DNA of 64,000 bases, taken from positions 66,340,001 through 66,404,000 of the forward strand of contig OZ336877.1 in the NCBI GenBank assembly GCA_965287045.1, written 5' to 3'. A model generated the notes under the pieces. That model saw only the letters and a list, made by a program, of their open reading frames with translations, was not told the origin of the DNA and searched no databases. The position numbers were made by a program, and so were the translations under genes. Positions 26,028 through 38,787 of the stretch are shown here, one piece after another; the first letter of the stretch is position 1; every line of letters begins with the position of its first letter. The DNA comes from Carcharhinus amblyrhynchos (Eukaryota).

Positions 26028-28138
26028 CTGAAAGTAAAATTTTAAATCAATGTCTTGCACATCAATTTTCTTTCCCTAACTTACTTGCTGAATTAATCAT
26101 TAATTAAGAGACAAATTACAGATAATTTATTAATCATACTTAGGGTTAGAGAGCAATCAAAACAGCAATAAATTGTATTTAACCAGTGCCTTTACTGTGC
26201 AAGAAGATCCAAAGCATCTTGCAGAGAATCGAGAAACAGATGTAAAGTCATGAGGAGGTTAGAAATGTGCCTGAAGGTTATGCCAAAACGTGGGCTAAAG
26301 ACAGAGAAACAAAGTTACAAGATTTAGGAAGACATTTCCGGAGTGATTCAAAAGATGACTCCCTGTCCCTAATGGTGGGGGTTAAAGGAGTGGACATTCA
26401 TGGAAGGGCAGAACTTCTGAGGTGATGGGTGGTAGAGGTGAACGATAGTTGGAAGAGTTGGGGAGGTGTTAAGCTATGGAGGGGTTTATAGACAAGAATA
26501 AGGACTTTTAACTGGATCAATTAAGGGATGGGTATATATTAGCAATTCCACAGAATACTGAGAAAACAGATGATAGGTGGGTCAGAATATGGACAGCTGT
26601 GGTTCGAACAAATTGGAACTTACGAAGGATGGAAGGTTGGCAATGAAATATTGAAGTAATTGAGGATAGAGATGGTAAAAATGTGGGTAAAGATTTCCCC
26701 ATTGGGACAAAAGCAGACAACACTGAAGAGTTGGAGGCAAACAGATTTGCTCTGGTAAAGAGCATGAAATATAAGGGTCAAATATAATTCTGAATTTGCA
26801 TACATGTTTTGTTTGAACAAGTGATCAGAATTGTGGATAGTATCAGTGGCATGAGAGCAAGAACTTATTAGAGATAGAGAGAGTAATCACTTCAGTCTGC
26901 CTGATATTCAGCTAGGGGCAGTTGTGACTTCCTTGAACCTTGCTGGAAGTGGTTGTCAATCCAAGAGAACGGAGAAGAGGAGAACTAGATTCAGCAGCAT
27001 ACTCATGTCCGTGGATGGTGTTATTGATGGGCAACCTGTAGATGAAGAGGAGCAGGTAACCACAGAATGAACCTTAGGAAAATTTTAGAGGTAATGATGC
27101 TGAAGAAAGAGGAAAATCCATTGCTGGAAATATACTTCATCAATTAGGTAGGGCAGCTCCAATCAAAGGCAATGTCATGGACAAGGATAAGAAAAGTTGT
27201 CAGAGAATGGCATGGTTACGTGTGTCAAACACTGAGCAGGCTGAGGAGGACAATGATGGATAATCTATCACAGAAAACATACTTTGCAAGGATTATTTCA
27301 ATGCAGTAAGACAGGTGAGAATTGAACTGGATAGTGTCGAACAAGATGTTGCAAGAGAAATGGGCATGTAGCTACAAATGATCAAGTGCTCAAGGATCTG
27401 AGACATTATGGGTGATAATGGTTTTGAACAAAAAGGGTAAAGTGCCAAAGGAAATATCAGATATCATTGGAGCTGAGAAGCATAGTTGAATGATAGTAAG
27501 TGGAGAGGGGAGAACAGCAAGGAAACAAGGGGTCAGTTTGGAAAGGTTGAGAGAATGAGGGAAAAAATATTCCAGAAGTTCAGATCTGGCATAGTAGGAG
27601 TGAAGGAAAGTTGGGTACTGAAGTGGATGGGAAATAGGGAAAAGGAGAGGCTATGTGGACAGTTTTCATTTTAGCAATGAAAAAATAATTTAGCTACCTG
27701 GATTTGAAATTGGAGGTGAGGGAGGCAGGGGCTGTAAAATTAGATTTGAGGAAAGACTATGGCGTAAAAACAGAAGAAAACAATGGATTTCTCATGCCTT
27801 TTAAATGATTGTATGTGTTAATGTCAATTTGTTAGGTGAGTGTAATGCAAACAATTATAATGTATTAACAAGTTTCAGTCAGAGATACAATAGGATTAAT
27901 ACCAGTTATTAATGCCACATCAAAATCAGATCATTTCTGTGAATAACAAAAATAAGTTCAAACAGACCTCAGGGAATTGCACCGTATTACCATGCCTTAA
28001 AAGTAGGCCATTTTCCCATCCTGTGTCAACTAATCAAACTTCCAACAGGACTTTGCATACCTGGATTTAGGTTTTTGTTTCATTTCTCACAGATAATTAA
28101 ATAATTTAGTCCTATGATCCCTCCCACCCCTATCTTTC

Positions 28139-28491
28139 TTTAAATTAATTTATGGAACATGAGTGTCACTGACTGGCCAGCATTTAGTTGTCCTTGAACT
28201 GAGTGGCTTGCTAGGCCATTTCAAAGGACAGTTGAGAGTCAACCACAGTGGCGTAGCTCTGGAGTCACATGTAGGCCAGACCGAGTAAGGATGGCAGATG
28301 TCCTTCCCTAAAAGACATTAGTAAGCCAAATGGATTTTTCCAATAATGGTTTCATGGTCATCAGTCAGTTCTTAATTCCACATATTTTTATGAAATTCAA
28401 ACTCCATCATCTGCTGTGATGGGATTTGAACCCTGTTCCCCAGAACATTAGCTGAACAGTCTAGCAATAATACCATTAGGCCATCATCCCT
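28139..28491 (-). mobile_element. SacSINE1/Deu-SINE-like element
   Basis: Collinear with 23055-23422 (gttgagagtcaaccaca..gctctggagt.acat.taggccagacc). Confidence 0.7.
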
Positions 28492-28590
28492 CCACAATGA
28501 ACAGGGTCTTAGTTCTAGGTGATATTGATCTGTATCAGAGGTTTAAGTTGAGGAGGTGGGATAAACTGAGGTCGGAACAAATTTCAATTC

Positions 28591-28941
28591 AATCACAGAA
28601 TCACAGAAGCCCTTTAGTGGAGAAAGAGGCTATCTGGCCCATCGAGTCTGCACCAACCATAATTCCACCCGGGCCCTACTCCCATATCCCTACACATTTA
28701 CCAGCTAATCCCTCTAACCTACGCATCTCAGGACACTAAGGGGCAATTTTAGCATGGCCAATCAACCTAACCCACATGTCTTTGGACTGTGGGAGGAAAC
28801 CAGAACACGTGGAGTAAACACACACAGACATGAGGAGAATGTGCAAACTCCACACAGACAGTGACACAAGCCAGGAATAAAACCCAGGTCACTGGAGCTG
28901 TGAAGCAGCAGTGCTAACCACTGTGCTACTGTGCCGCCATC
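28591..28941 (-). mobile_element. HE1-like V-SINE, full length
   Basis: Reverse complement of the 10302 element (gcagcagtgctaaccactgtgctactgtgccgcc at the right end). Confidence 0.85.
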
Positions 28942-29167
28942 ATGTTTATTATTGTTGTATAATTCAATAGCCGTCATGTTTATTATTGTTGTATTTTCTG
29001 CTTTTTCTGAGAGTGGAATTGCTGGGGCATCCAGTGAGATTAAATTATACAAATGCATGCTGTTGGTACAGAGCTTTGCCCAGTCAGAATATGTACTGAG
29101 AAAAAGATCACTGGAATCCATTGGATTCTGATGCATTTGGTCTTTGGACAAACAAGGTCATTTTACA

Positions 29168-29433
29168 ATTTATTTATTAGTCACAAGGCTTACATTAACA
29201 CTGCAATGATGTTACTGTGAAATTCCCCAGTCACCACAGTCCAGCATCTGTTCAGGTCAATGCATCTAACCAGCACATCTTTCAGAACTTGGGAGGAAAT
29301 TGAGCATCCGGAGGAAACATAGGCAGACACGGGGAGAATGTGCGAACTCCACACAGACAGTCACCCAAACCGGGAATTGAACATTGGTCCCTGGCGGTGT
29401 GAAGCAGTAGTGCTAACCACTATACTACCGTGC
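29168..29433 (-). mobile_element. V-SINE subfamily with alternative 3' tail
   Basis: HE1-type head and body, but the tail on + reads tttatttattagtcacaaggcttacattaacactgcaatga..ttactgtgaaa. Confidence 0.8.
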
Positions 29434-31684
29434 CAATCTATGGCATGGTATTGTCTATTAGGAGTCAAAATCATACCAATAATAGCACCACTAAGACATT
29501 GATGGAACATCGGTCAGTCTGACTGAGAATCTGTTAGCCAAAGATTTAGTTCACTGCGGCTCCCTATCTGCAAGATCCATATACAAATGGAACTGATTGT
29601 CACTCGAGATAAGTATTGTAGGGTTCACATGTGGCAAATGTGCTTGCTTCACGCAATAACAATTACACGTCTCACATGTAGGAGACATAACTAGTGCAAT
29701 TTCCAGGAAAACTGTAGGTCACATCCATGTTGCACCCAAAAGTTATGTTAACCTTAGAAAAGGCCAGGCAAAAGATATTCACGAAGGAACCAAAAAAAGG
29801 CCAGAAATTTATTGGAACAGAATTTTTGTTTTTCACCAGTAAAAGATATTTTGGTTTTGTTTTTCACAAGTATAAAATATTATCGAATTATTAAAATATT
29901 GTATTTCGAGTCTGCTTTCAAACTATTTGATGAAGTTCCTACAATGGTCTTATGAATATGAAGTCTGCCCAGTATAGCATGTGAGCTATGCATCTCGAGG
30001 TCAATGCTGAGCTGGCTGATTTTGGTCAGGATAGGTCTGGTAATTTCACTCAATGTTCATGGTTCAGGAAGGGGAAAATCAGCTCCTATTTCAATTGTTC
30101 CTTTTATTCAAGCTGTTAATTTGTTGTTCTTTGTAGTTCTTTGTTCTTAATGTATATAACAGGATTAGGTTCATATCCATGCCCTCAACAGACTACTGAC
30201 ACTCACTGCTTGATTAAGGTTCTGCAAAACAACCGCAGAACCATAATGGTCAACATCTTCAGCAGGGGAGAAAATAGAAAACATTATTGTGAGGGATTTA
30301 AGATTTTGAAACCAGAAAATGTTAATTGCATGTTTTAGCAATGAATCAAGTACAGAACATATAAACCTATGTGTTTTAAATGGATTCCAATGAAGTGCAA
30401 TAAAGTTAAATTGAAACTATACCCTGATGTACTATGTACACTTGTGGGGTTACAGTTCCATACTCTAACTTTCTCTTTCTTTTCCAAGCAGCTCCAAACA
30501 GAGACACTTCAAAATTCTCCTAACATGAACCACCAGTATGCATCTGTGAAGTACACATCAGAACTACCAATACAGTACACTCACATCACTTCAGGTATTG
30601 TTGTCAGAATGAAACTGCACTGGAAGAAGCCACTGTTGTTGTAACTCTAAATTAAACAGCATTCATTGTTTATTATAAGCTGAAGGAAATACCCAAAGCA
30701 AAAGCTGAGATCCGGCTGACAGGTATATTGATACCAAATTCTAACAACTTTGGGGGTGGGACAGAGGTGGTGCCCCTCATTGCTTCCCCTCCACCTCCAA
30801 TTCAGTTCAAGGCATGTTCAGAGGCATCCTTGCACATGTTACATAAAGCTGGGGAAAAGGCACTCGGGTAATTGCTCCTCAGGAGAGCCTGCACAGACAT
30901 GATGGCCAAACGGCCTCCTTCTGTGCTGTAACAATTCTGTCATTCCATTCTGGATCAAATGGAGAAGAAATTGGATCACAAATGATTCCAGAGAGATCAA
31001 CTGTCCTGAACCCACCAGGAGGTGTATTTTCTTACTTCTCCTTCCTTGGACAAGCCTGTGGAATCTCTCTGGGAGGAGCAAGGTGCCACTCTGAGATCTG
31101 GTGTGCTTGGCTGGATGGACATCCAACCATAGTATGGTAATTACCAAATGTTTGGTTCATTAGTGTCCTTTAGGGAAATAAATCTGCTGTCCTTATCCAG
31201 TCTGGCCTACATGTGACTTCAGTCCTACAATGGTGTGATTGACTCTTGACCATCCTTCTGAAATAAGCCACCTAGTTGTCTCAAGGGTAATGTTTGATGG
31301 GCAATAAATGCTGACCTTGTTATGACACTCATTCCATGAATTCTAGACTGAGAAATTTATTTAGCTTTATCTTTAATGAGGCCTTCAAGTCAATTCTTTG
31401 TTGAATTGGAGAGATATTCAACGATGAGATATAGAGGCCTAGATTTTCAAATTTTATTGTATGATTGACATTCGTGTATACAAACTACAACAACTTCCAA
31501 AATACACCATAAGCAGGATATTGTATTCAGTCATAACATACTATTGTTAAGGGCACTTAGGTAAGGAAATGATTTAGTTCATCAGCAGTAAAACACATAA
31601 ATAATGGGCCAGCAAATGCAAATGCTTACATTATAGTAATATGTAAAAATTCCATGACAAACAGTGCCTTTAAAAAAGACTTAC

Positions 31685-31817
31685 CTGGGAAGACCTCTTT
31701 ACCGTTTTCCACAACAGGCACTTCTCGACTGATTTCTCCATCATCTTGATTTTGATCCATCCAACTATTAACATCAAAATGATACTCTTTACCTGAGTAA
31801 ATATTCTTTAAGTGGAT
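31685..31817 (-). CDS. RP1: RP1 branch exon C (133 nt, phase 0>1), end of PLAT1
   Basis: ttgcag|IHLKNIYSGKEYHFDVNSWMDQNQDDGEISREVPVVENGKEVFP G|gtaagt. Carries the PLAT 'F..N.W.....DG.I.REL' motif. Confidence 0.9.
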
Positions 31818-32099
31818 CTGCAACATACCAACAGGAAGGTACAGTAAGATACACAAACACAAGATCAAAGCATTCCAAGATTCCTATTTAAAGTACGCGG
31901 GGGCTATGTTGGATAATGTGCAAAGTTGAGTGTAGCAATTGCAATGTGCTCCTAACCCATAGTCATTTGAGCTGATGCAGGCACCATGCAAACTCCATGC
32001 TGTTTGCTAACTATATTGTGAGGCCAGCACCAATAAAAACTAATATGCGCGACTTCAAGCCAGACTGCATATCCTAAAGGCTAAATGTATTCTGGTTGC

Positions 32100-32360
32100 A
32101 GAAGGGACTAAAACTGTTTAAAGAAGAGTTGAAGACCGAGGAGAACCTACACAAATTGAGCATCAGACAGCGTTTTTGGAGGCCTTGATACAGGAGGAGA
32201 GAGGTCCTCTTCCCTCAAGGGGCCTGGAGATCATCTAGGCAGAAGAATGTCGACTGAGAAGAGAGTGGGAGCAGGTGACCATGATGGACAATGTCAGCAA
32301 GACCTAAATGTCGTGATGAAAGAAATTTACTAACATCACACCAGTTTTCAAGGTCAATGA
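32100..32360 (+). pseudogene. Decayed Myb/SANT gene of a Harbinger transposon
   Basis: Fragmentary hand translation LEALIQE..REVLFPQG....LRREWEQVT....KKFTNITPVFKV fits a Myb/SANT-like motif. Frameshifted. Confidence 0.55.
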
Positions 32361-33486
32361 GTGCACCTTCATTTGCTTTATCCTACCTGCTGTAGCACTG
32401 AACACCACTGTTCTATTCACACCACTTCTTCATTCATTTACCATAAGTTCTGATCAGCCATGACTCATTCCTCATATTTATAGAATTATCTCACCTTTGC
32501 ACAAGCAGCATACACACATCTCACAGCTTGCAACCTCACCTGGCCAGGTGCCAGACTCCAGCAGTATTCTCCACTTATCTGGCAATTATCAGGAGTCTTG
32601 GTGCCATCAGGAGTATTGCCTCATGAAAAGAAAGGAGCCCATGTCACAGAGCTGCCAGCTAATCAGAGGATAGGCAGCTCACCAGAATCAGGGGAGCAAT
32701 TGCCACTGCTGGGACTGCAGGCAACTGTGAGGACTGCACGGAAGGATGCTACCATCCTGACTGGTAAATGGGTTTGGGGGTTGCTGGGGCCAGACAAATA
32801 GGAATGGCCTTTGCCATCAGGGGCCCCTCCATGGGCTGCAGAGTGACTAATGAGAAGGGGCCTCCTTCTAAACCTGTGGGAAACTGCTGACATTTACCAG
32901 GTAGCCTCCCCAATTGGCCTAGAGACTATCTGCAGCTAGTAAAATCCCAATGACAGCAGGAAGACACCGTTGTTTGACCACATTAGTAGCTCAATTGGCC
33001 TCTGAGTAGAAGAACTAACCTCCACCTTCCCCGTCATTGGTAAAACACTGTGGTGGCATGGCGGTGACAGGCACCCCATCCCACCCTCACCATTTTACAC
33101 CCATCCCCTGCCCAGCCTCTCACAAAAAGGCTTGTAAGATCCAGCCAAGTGAGTCGCTGGGCACACGTGGACAGTAATTTATTCACTAATGTCCTTCAGG
33201 AATCTGCCATCCTTCCCTGGCCTGACTGACATCTGACTCCAGATGCACTTTTAACTGCCCTCTGAACTGGCCGAACAAGCTACTCAGTTTGAAGGCAGCT
33301 TTCTCGAGGACAGTTAGAACTGACAACAAATGCTGGCCTTGCCACTGATGCTCATATTCCAGAAAATAATTTTAAAAATGTCAGGGCAAAAAGAAAAAAA
33401 ATGCACAGACACCAGCTCCCTGTGGGGTGAGGTCACACATGAGTTCTGCTACAATGCACTCAGATGAGCACTTGATTGGAGCTTTA

Positions 33487-33807
33487 AGAACAAAGAACAA
33501 AGAACAACCCAGCACGGGAAACAGGCCCTTCGGCCCAACGAGCCCGCGCCACCGCATCACCCTACACCTATTCTACCCTGCATGTCTACGAATGGGACCC
33601 TACTCAGTCAGATTCAGGGAAGAAATAGTGTCAATTTGGTAAAAACCGATTAGCCTAAGAGCACATCTTTGGGGTGTGGGAGGAAACCGGAGCGCCCGGA
33701 GGAAACCCACGCAACCACAGGGAGAATGCGCAAACTCCCACAGACACAGGCCCAAATCCATGTATCTGCACAGCCAGCAGTGCTAGTCACTGAGCTGTTG
33801 CGGCGCC
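33487..33807 (-). mobile_element. Divergent V-SINE with (agaacaa)n CR1-type tail
   Basis: V-domain (gggaggaaaccggagcgcccggaggaaacccacgca) with an agaacaaagaacaaagaaca tail and retained CpGs. Confidence 0.7.
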
Positions 33808-34283
33808 CGTCTACCGGTCCAGGATCAAGCACACACACCGACATGAAGTACTAGGCCACTCCTGGACTTCCAAGAGCAGCCCACGCACGACCTGCCGTGT
33901 GCATGCCCCTCGTTTGACACGAGGTGGACCTCCACCTGTGGAATAAAGACAAAAAATATTAATCATACAGCCTGCCTTTCCGGTGTCTCCCGAGGTTTAA
34001 CCCTATTTAATAGCCCCTACCATATCCCTCCATTCTCGTTTCACTCATGTGCCTATCTAACTGCATCTTTATGCAGGAAAAAAAAATCGATGGATATACA
34101 CACAGAAATGCTAGGTGTATTGGCAGGCCTGTTAGAATGCCTGCCAGCGCTGTCCAGCTCCAACTTGGCACAGTTTACAAGGTTGAAAATTTGCTCATGT
34201 CGAGGTGGTACAATCTTAAGTTGTGCATTCAAGGCCCAAGCTGCTCAAGGACATCTTGCAAGAACGCTTGTAGACTCCTTGCA

Positions 34284-34466
34284 TTGAAAACCTGTAAGTA
34301 GTCTCACAACACCAGGTTAAAGTCCAACAGGACCTGACGAAGGGGCAATGCTCTGAAAGCTCGTGTTACCAAAATAAACCTGTTGGAATTTAACCTGGCG
34401 TTGTGAGACCACTTACTGTGCCTACCCCATTCTAATGCCGGCAACTCCACATCTTGAAAATCTGTA
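34284..34466 (+). mobile_element. Related Penelope-type fold-back insertion carrying a minimal hammerhead ribozyme motif
   Basis: Inverted arms caacaccaggttaaagtccaacagg / cctgttggaatttaacctggcgttg. Core CTGACGA-aggggcaatgctct-GAAA-gctc-gtg at ~34333-34364. TSD ttgaaaa(c/t)ctgta at 34284-96 and 34454-66. Confidence 0.78.
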
Positions 34467-34779
34467 GCCTCTCACATGCCATGCTGGGGAAAGGCTGTTT
34501 AGCAGCACCAGGACAAGCAAAGATACCCACAAGATGGACAGTACGGAAATGCAAAAGGATGATTAGTCCAGTTTTGGATGGGTTATTGGGCTTTTTGTTA
34601 TAAAGTTGATATGGAATGGTTGTTTCATGGTGGCTTTTTTTCCGGAGAGTTGGCTGAGAGATTTGTTTGATGGTTCATCACTAAAGATGTGGAGCTGTTA
34701 GATAATGTGTATTCACAGTTGTATTCACAGCAACCAGAATAAAACAAAGTGCTCATTGATAACCCATCCAGAATATGAG

Positions 34780-35345
34780 TATGTCAGCTCCTTCCTCCCT
34801 TTCTCCTCCTCCACCTGACTGAGAACAGCAGACTGAAATAGGACGAAGGCATTTGCCAAGATGATATGCTGAGCATGTTCACACACCAACTACACACTGA
34901 CTGAGTGGTGCCCTTTGATGTAATGATATCCCTCAGCATTGAGACAAAGCACCTGCAAAAATACGTGTGTGCAGTTAATGGCACCCTACATCATGGGGAT
35001 GTCCAAGATCCTGTCAAAGCCACATGCAGTCTAAGCTTGCATTTCTTTGTTCAGAGAGCACACAATGAACTTCCCTCTCCAGGCATTCTGACATATTTCT
35101 GATACAACAGGGACTGTAAACTGGTAAATCTTAGCCAAGTCACCTGTTCCAGCCTGTAAAAATCCTGACGCATCAAACTTGAGGGTCTAGACTACTTTCA
35201 GCACCACTGGCAATGCCACTCTGACGTGGCACTGAGACTGCAAATCTGGTTCCAACAGTTGGCTCTGTAAGCACCTTCTTTATGAAACATAGACAACAAA
35301 CACACTGCTCTTTGTTTAGGGAGAGGAAGGAGGAGTCCTCCCAGA
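34780..35345 (-). pseudogene. Decayed Harbinger (HARBI1-like) transposase
   Basis: Hand translation SFLSLNKEQCV..LCFIKKVLTE/QLLEPDLQSQCHVRVALPVVLKVV*TLKFDASGFLQAGTGDLAKIYQFTV/CCIR. Matches the HARBI1 'LNFYASGSFQ...GD...ISQ' region, with stops and frameshifts. Confidence 0.72.
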
Positions 35346-36396
35346 AAACACATAGGCCTTTTGCTCAGAGACTTTCTTCCCTTTCATCTCCTCATCCCTC
35401 TATGAGCAGCTTTCTTCTTCTTTGCTGCCTTTGCACCATCTCCCTCTCACGCTGCAGCTCAAGAGCGTTGGATTTATTTTCTGATCAAATTGTTGCTTTC
35501 GATAAATGTGACATGTAGTTTATTTTTATGCTATCCAAAGACTAGAAGGCAGTCATATCAATTCAGTAAGTTATTACAGTGCCAAGGCATTCCACTTCAC
35601 TTGTAAGCAACATTAACTAATCAGATACACTTCTTATAGGATGGAATTTAACACCCTCCAACCAAGGCATGTTTAAAGGTTGGAGCTTGAAGACAGCACA
35701 ACTGCACAACCTCTTTCCTTGCAGCCCCCACTTTGTGTTCCCCATTCTGTCACCAGTCAATGTTGACCTGGGGTCTCCCCGCAGTCCTCTGTCCCTGGTG
35801 ACTGCATGGCTGGTAAATGACACTGGAGCAGCCTGCAATGCACCTCTGCCAATTTCTGATTTAGGGAGAACTTCTGTCCTCAGTTTCTTTGATCTCAGGG
35901 AAGTATATTGCTCAGCACTAAATTTGGCCAGCTTTCCCAAAAGAAGACAAGAGGCTCTTGCTGGCTGTCCAGCCGGTGGGCGAGACCCGTGTTGCTTGCA
36001 TTAAAAACTGATCATAAAATCTCTTGTGGTATGCAAGGGCTCACACACAGAAATGATCTTTGATGTACAGCACATGAGAAATGATTGAGTAAAGCTGGTG
36101 AGCATCTCAGTTCTGGTCTTCCTTTTCAAACATCCAAATGAGCCTGGGGTTGAAAGAATAAATCTGCAGAACTGTCCAATTTATATTCATGTTCACAAGG
36201 ACAAGCAGAGGAAAATATGTCTAATATATTATAACTAACATTGACACAGTGTAAAGGTTAATTGATTCAATATGATTTCAATATTATTTTTTGAATTATT
36301 TAGTTAACACACACAGTTTCTTTCAAATTAATTACTCTTTGCTCAACTACAGGGTTCCATAAAATGAAGAAATAAGCTTACTCATTGAGTCCTTAC

Positions 36397-36483
36397 CGAT
36401 TCACAGTGCCATCCTGGGAATTCTCCCGCATTATTGTGTCCAATACGAATTTTGTATAATTTGCCAATATTCTTTGTGTTTAC
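36397..36483 (-). CDS. RP1: RP1 branch exon B (87 nt, phase 0>0), PLAT1 middle
   Basis: cattag|VNTKNIGKLYKIRIGHNNAGEFPGWHCES|gtaagg. Carries the PLAT 'IG.L.KIRIGHDN.G..PGW' motif. Not in the ORF track; found by hand. Confidence 0.9.
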
Positions 36484-37927
36484 CTAATGCGTAAATAAAT
36501 AAATTCTTCTCAAAGTTCCTTGTTTGCATTGTTACAGAACATATTGCAATTTCATGTTGAACCTGAGAAAATAAATGTTCAAAATTGCCCAGCCACACCC
36601 TGTCCATTGGAAACAGGACAAATTAAATCCATTCAATTATCATCCCATCAGTCCAATCTCAATCATAAGTCATGTGATGGAGCTGTGCTAGTAACCTGGG
36701 CTAGAACAATAACCTGCACTGTTGGGGTTCTACCGAGAACATTTAATTCTGGACCTCACAACAGCCTTGGTCCAAACATGGGCAAAAGTGTTCATTTCCA
36801 GTGATGAGGTGTCAGTGAATACCCTTGATGTCAAAGGCAGCACTTGAGCAAGTGTACCAGCTAGGTGTCTTGGCAAAACTGACTTTAATGGGTGAGGTTT
36901 TCTTGCTCCCTGGAAATAGTAGGGGTGGCTTGATATTGGCCACCAATGGGATCTTCCAGTCCTGCTGACGCCTATGTTTTTTTTTGTGGCTTGCCCATCC
37001 CACTATTGGGGAATCCTTTGGCGAGACTGAAAAATCCTGCCTGCGGGTGGGCTGGAAAATCCTGCCCAATAGGAATCAGGAAAACTCTACACTGGCAGGA
37101 ATCAGGCCTAGCACAAAGGAAGATGGTTGGAGTTATTGGAAGCCAATCATTCCAGCCATAAGACAGCAGCAAAAAGTTCCTTAGGGCAATGTCCTCAGCC
37201 CAACTATCTTCAGCTGTTTCATCAGTGACCCACCCTCCAGTATTAAATTCAGAAACTGAGATGTTTGTTGGTGATTATACAGTGTTCAGTTCCATTCACA
37301 ACTCCTCAGAAAATAAAACAGTTCATGTCCATGTGTAGCAAGATCTGCACACAACCAGGTTTAAAATAATGTTCACATCATACGAGTAACAAGCAATACC
37401 CATTTCCAATGAGAGGAAGTTCAACCACCTTCCATTGACATTCAATATCATTAGCATCTTTGAAAGCCCATCCTGGGGGTTACCACTGAGTTCAAATAGA
37501 GCAGCCACATAAATACAGTGGCTACAAGAGCAGGTCAGCGATGGGGAATTTGAAAGCAAATGACTCACCCTCAATTACCTCTTTCACTATAAGCAAAATT
37601 TAGTGAAACCTGTTGCAATGGACTTAATGGTGAGTGGGCAAGAAAATTACGTGAGAGGTTGCATGCACACTTCCCAGTGACATGAAAGCTGTCCCGCATT
37701 TTGTGAGCAGTGGGAAATGAAACCACTGGCACAGGAAGGCAACTGGACTCATGAAAGAATTACTTAAAAGTAATTGTCCTTGAGTCCAGGATTTAATTGG
37801 TTGCTCAGGGATTACACTCTTTTCCTTTTTCTATACCTGTGGAAGCTTTTACAGTCTGTTTTTATATTTCTTGCTTGTTTTCTCTCAGGTTCCAATTTCT
37901 CCCTCTTCATTTTTTTTAAATCATCCT

Positions 37928-38226
37928 TTGTTTATTATTGTCACAAGTAGCTTAAATTAACAGTGCAATGAAGTTACTGTGAAAATCCCCTAGTCGCCAC
38001 ACTCTAGCGCCTGTTCGGGTACACTGAGGGAGAATTTAGCATGGCCAGTATACCTAACCAGCACGTCTTTCAGACTGTGGGATGAAACTGGAGCACCTGG
38101 ACAAAACCCACACAGACACTGGGAGAACGTGCAGACTCCATACAGGCAGTGACCCAAGCCAGGAATCGAACATGGGTCCCTGGCATTATGAGGCAGCAGT
38201 ACTAGCCACTGTGTCACCATGCCGCC
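37928..38226 (-). mobile_element. V-SINE subfamily with alternative 3' tail
   Basis: Shares caatgaagttactgtgaaaatcccctagtcgccacact...tgttcgggtacactgagggagaattta with 63108-63402. Confidence 0.8.
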
Positions 38227-38580
38227 TGAATTCTTTACTGGTTTTGGAAACTTCCCGAACTTTTAATCCTACCACTAATCCTTCAAGTATTTTATGCATT
38301 TTCTTTTGGTTTGATACCATCATTAATTACATTAGTTAGCCACAGATGGGGCATCCTTCTTCTAGACTATTTATTTCTCAACAGACCTTTGTTGAGGGTT
38401 GTGAAATATTTCCTTACATATGTACCACTGCTTCTCTACCATTTTCCCTTTAACCTATTTTCTCATTCCACTTTAACCAACTCTATCTTCATATCATTGT
38501 AAGTGTCTTTATTTAGCTTTGAGATACTACCTTCAAACCCAAATTGCTCACCTCAAACTGAATGTGAAATTCTATTGTGT

Positions 38581-38787
38581 TATGATCATTCTTGATGTGG
38601 GTATGCCGGCGTTGGACTGGCGTAAACACAGTAAAAAGTCTGACAACACCAGGTTTTAGTCCAACCTATTGATTTGATAATATACTCGCAAGCTAAGGGG
38701 CTAACCTGAAAGCTTGCGAGTATATTATCAAATAAATAGGTTGGACTAAAACCTGGTGTTGTCAGACTTTTTACTATGATCATTCTT
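38581..38787. mobile_element. Second copy of the same fold-back element, opposite orientation, 13-bp TSD
   Basis: Near-identical to the reverse complement of 18161-18338. Direct repeat tatgatcattctt at 38581-93 and 38775-87. Confidence 0.8.

Noticed and set aside
36382-36396. Alternative downstream donor (gtaagc) for exon B
   Set aside because: Using it adds VRTQ* with an in-frame stop. The proximal gtaagg donor keeps the frame.
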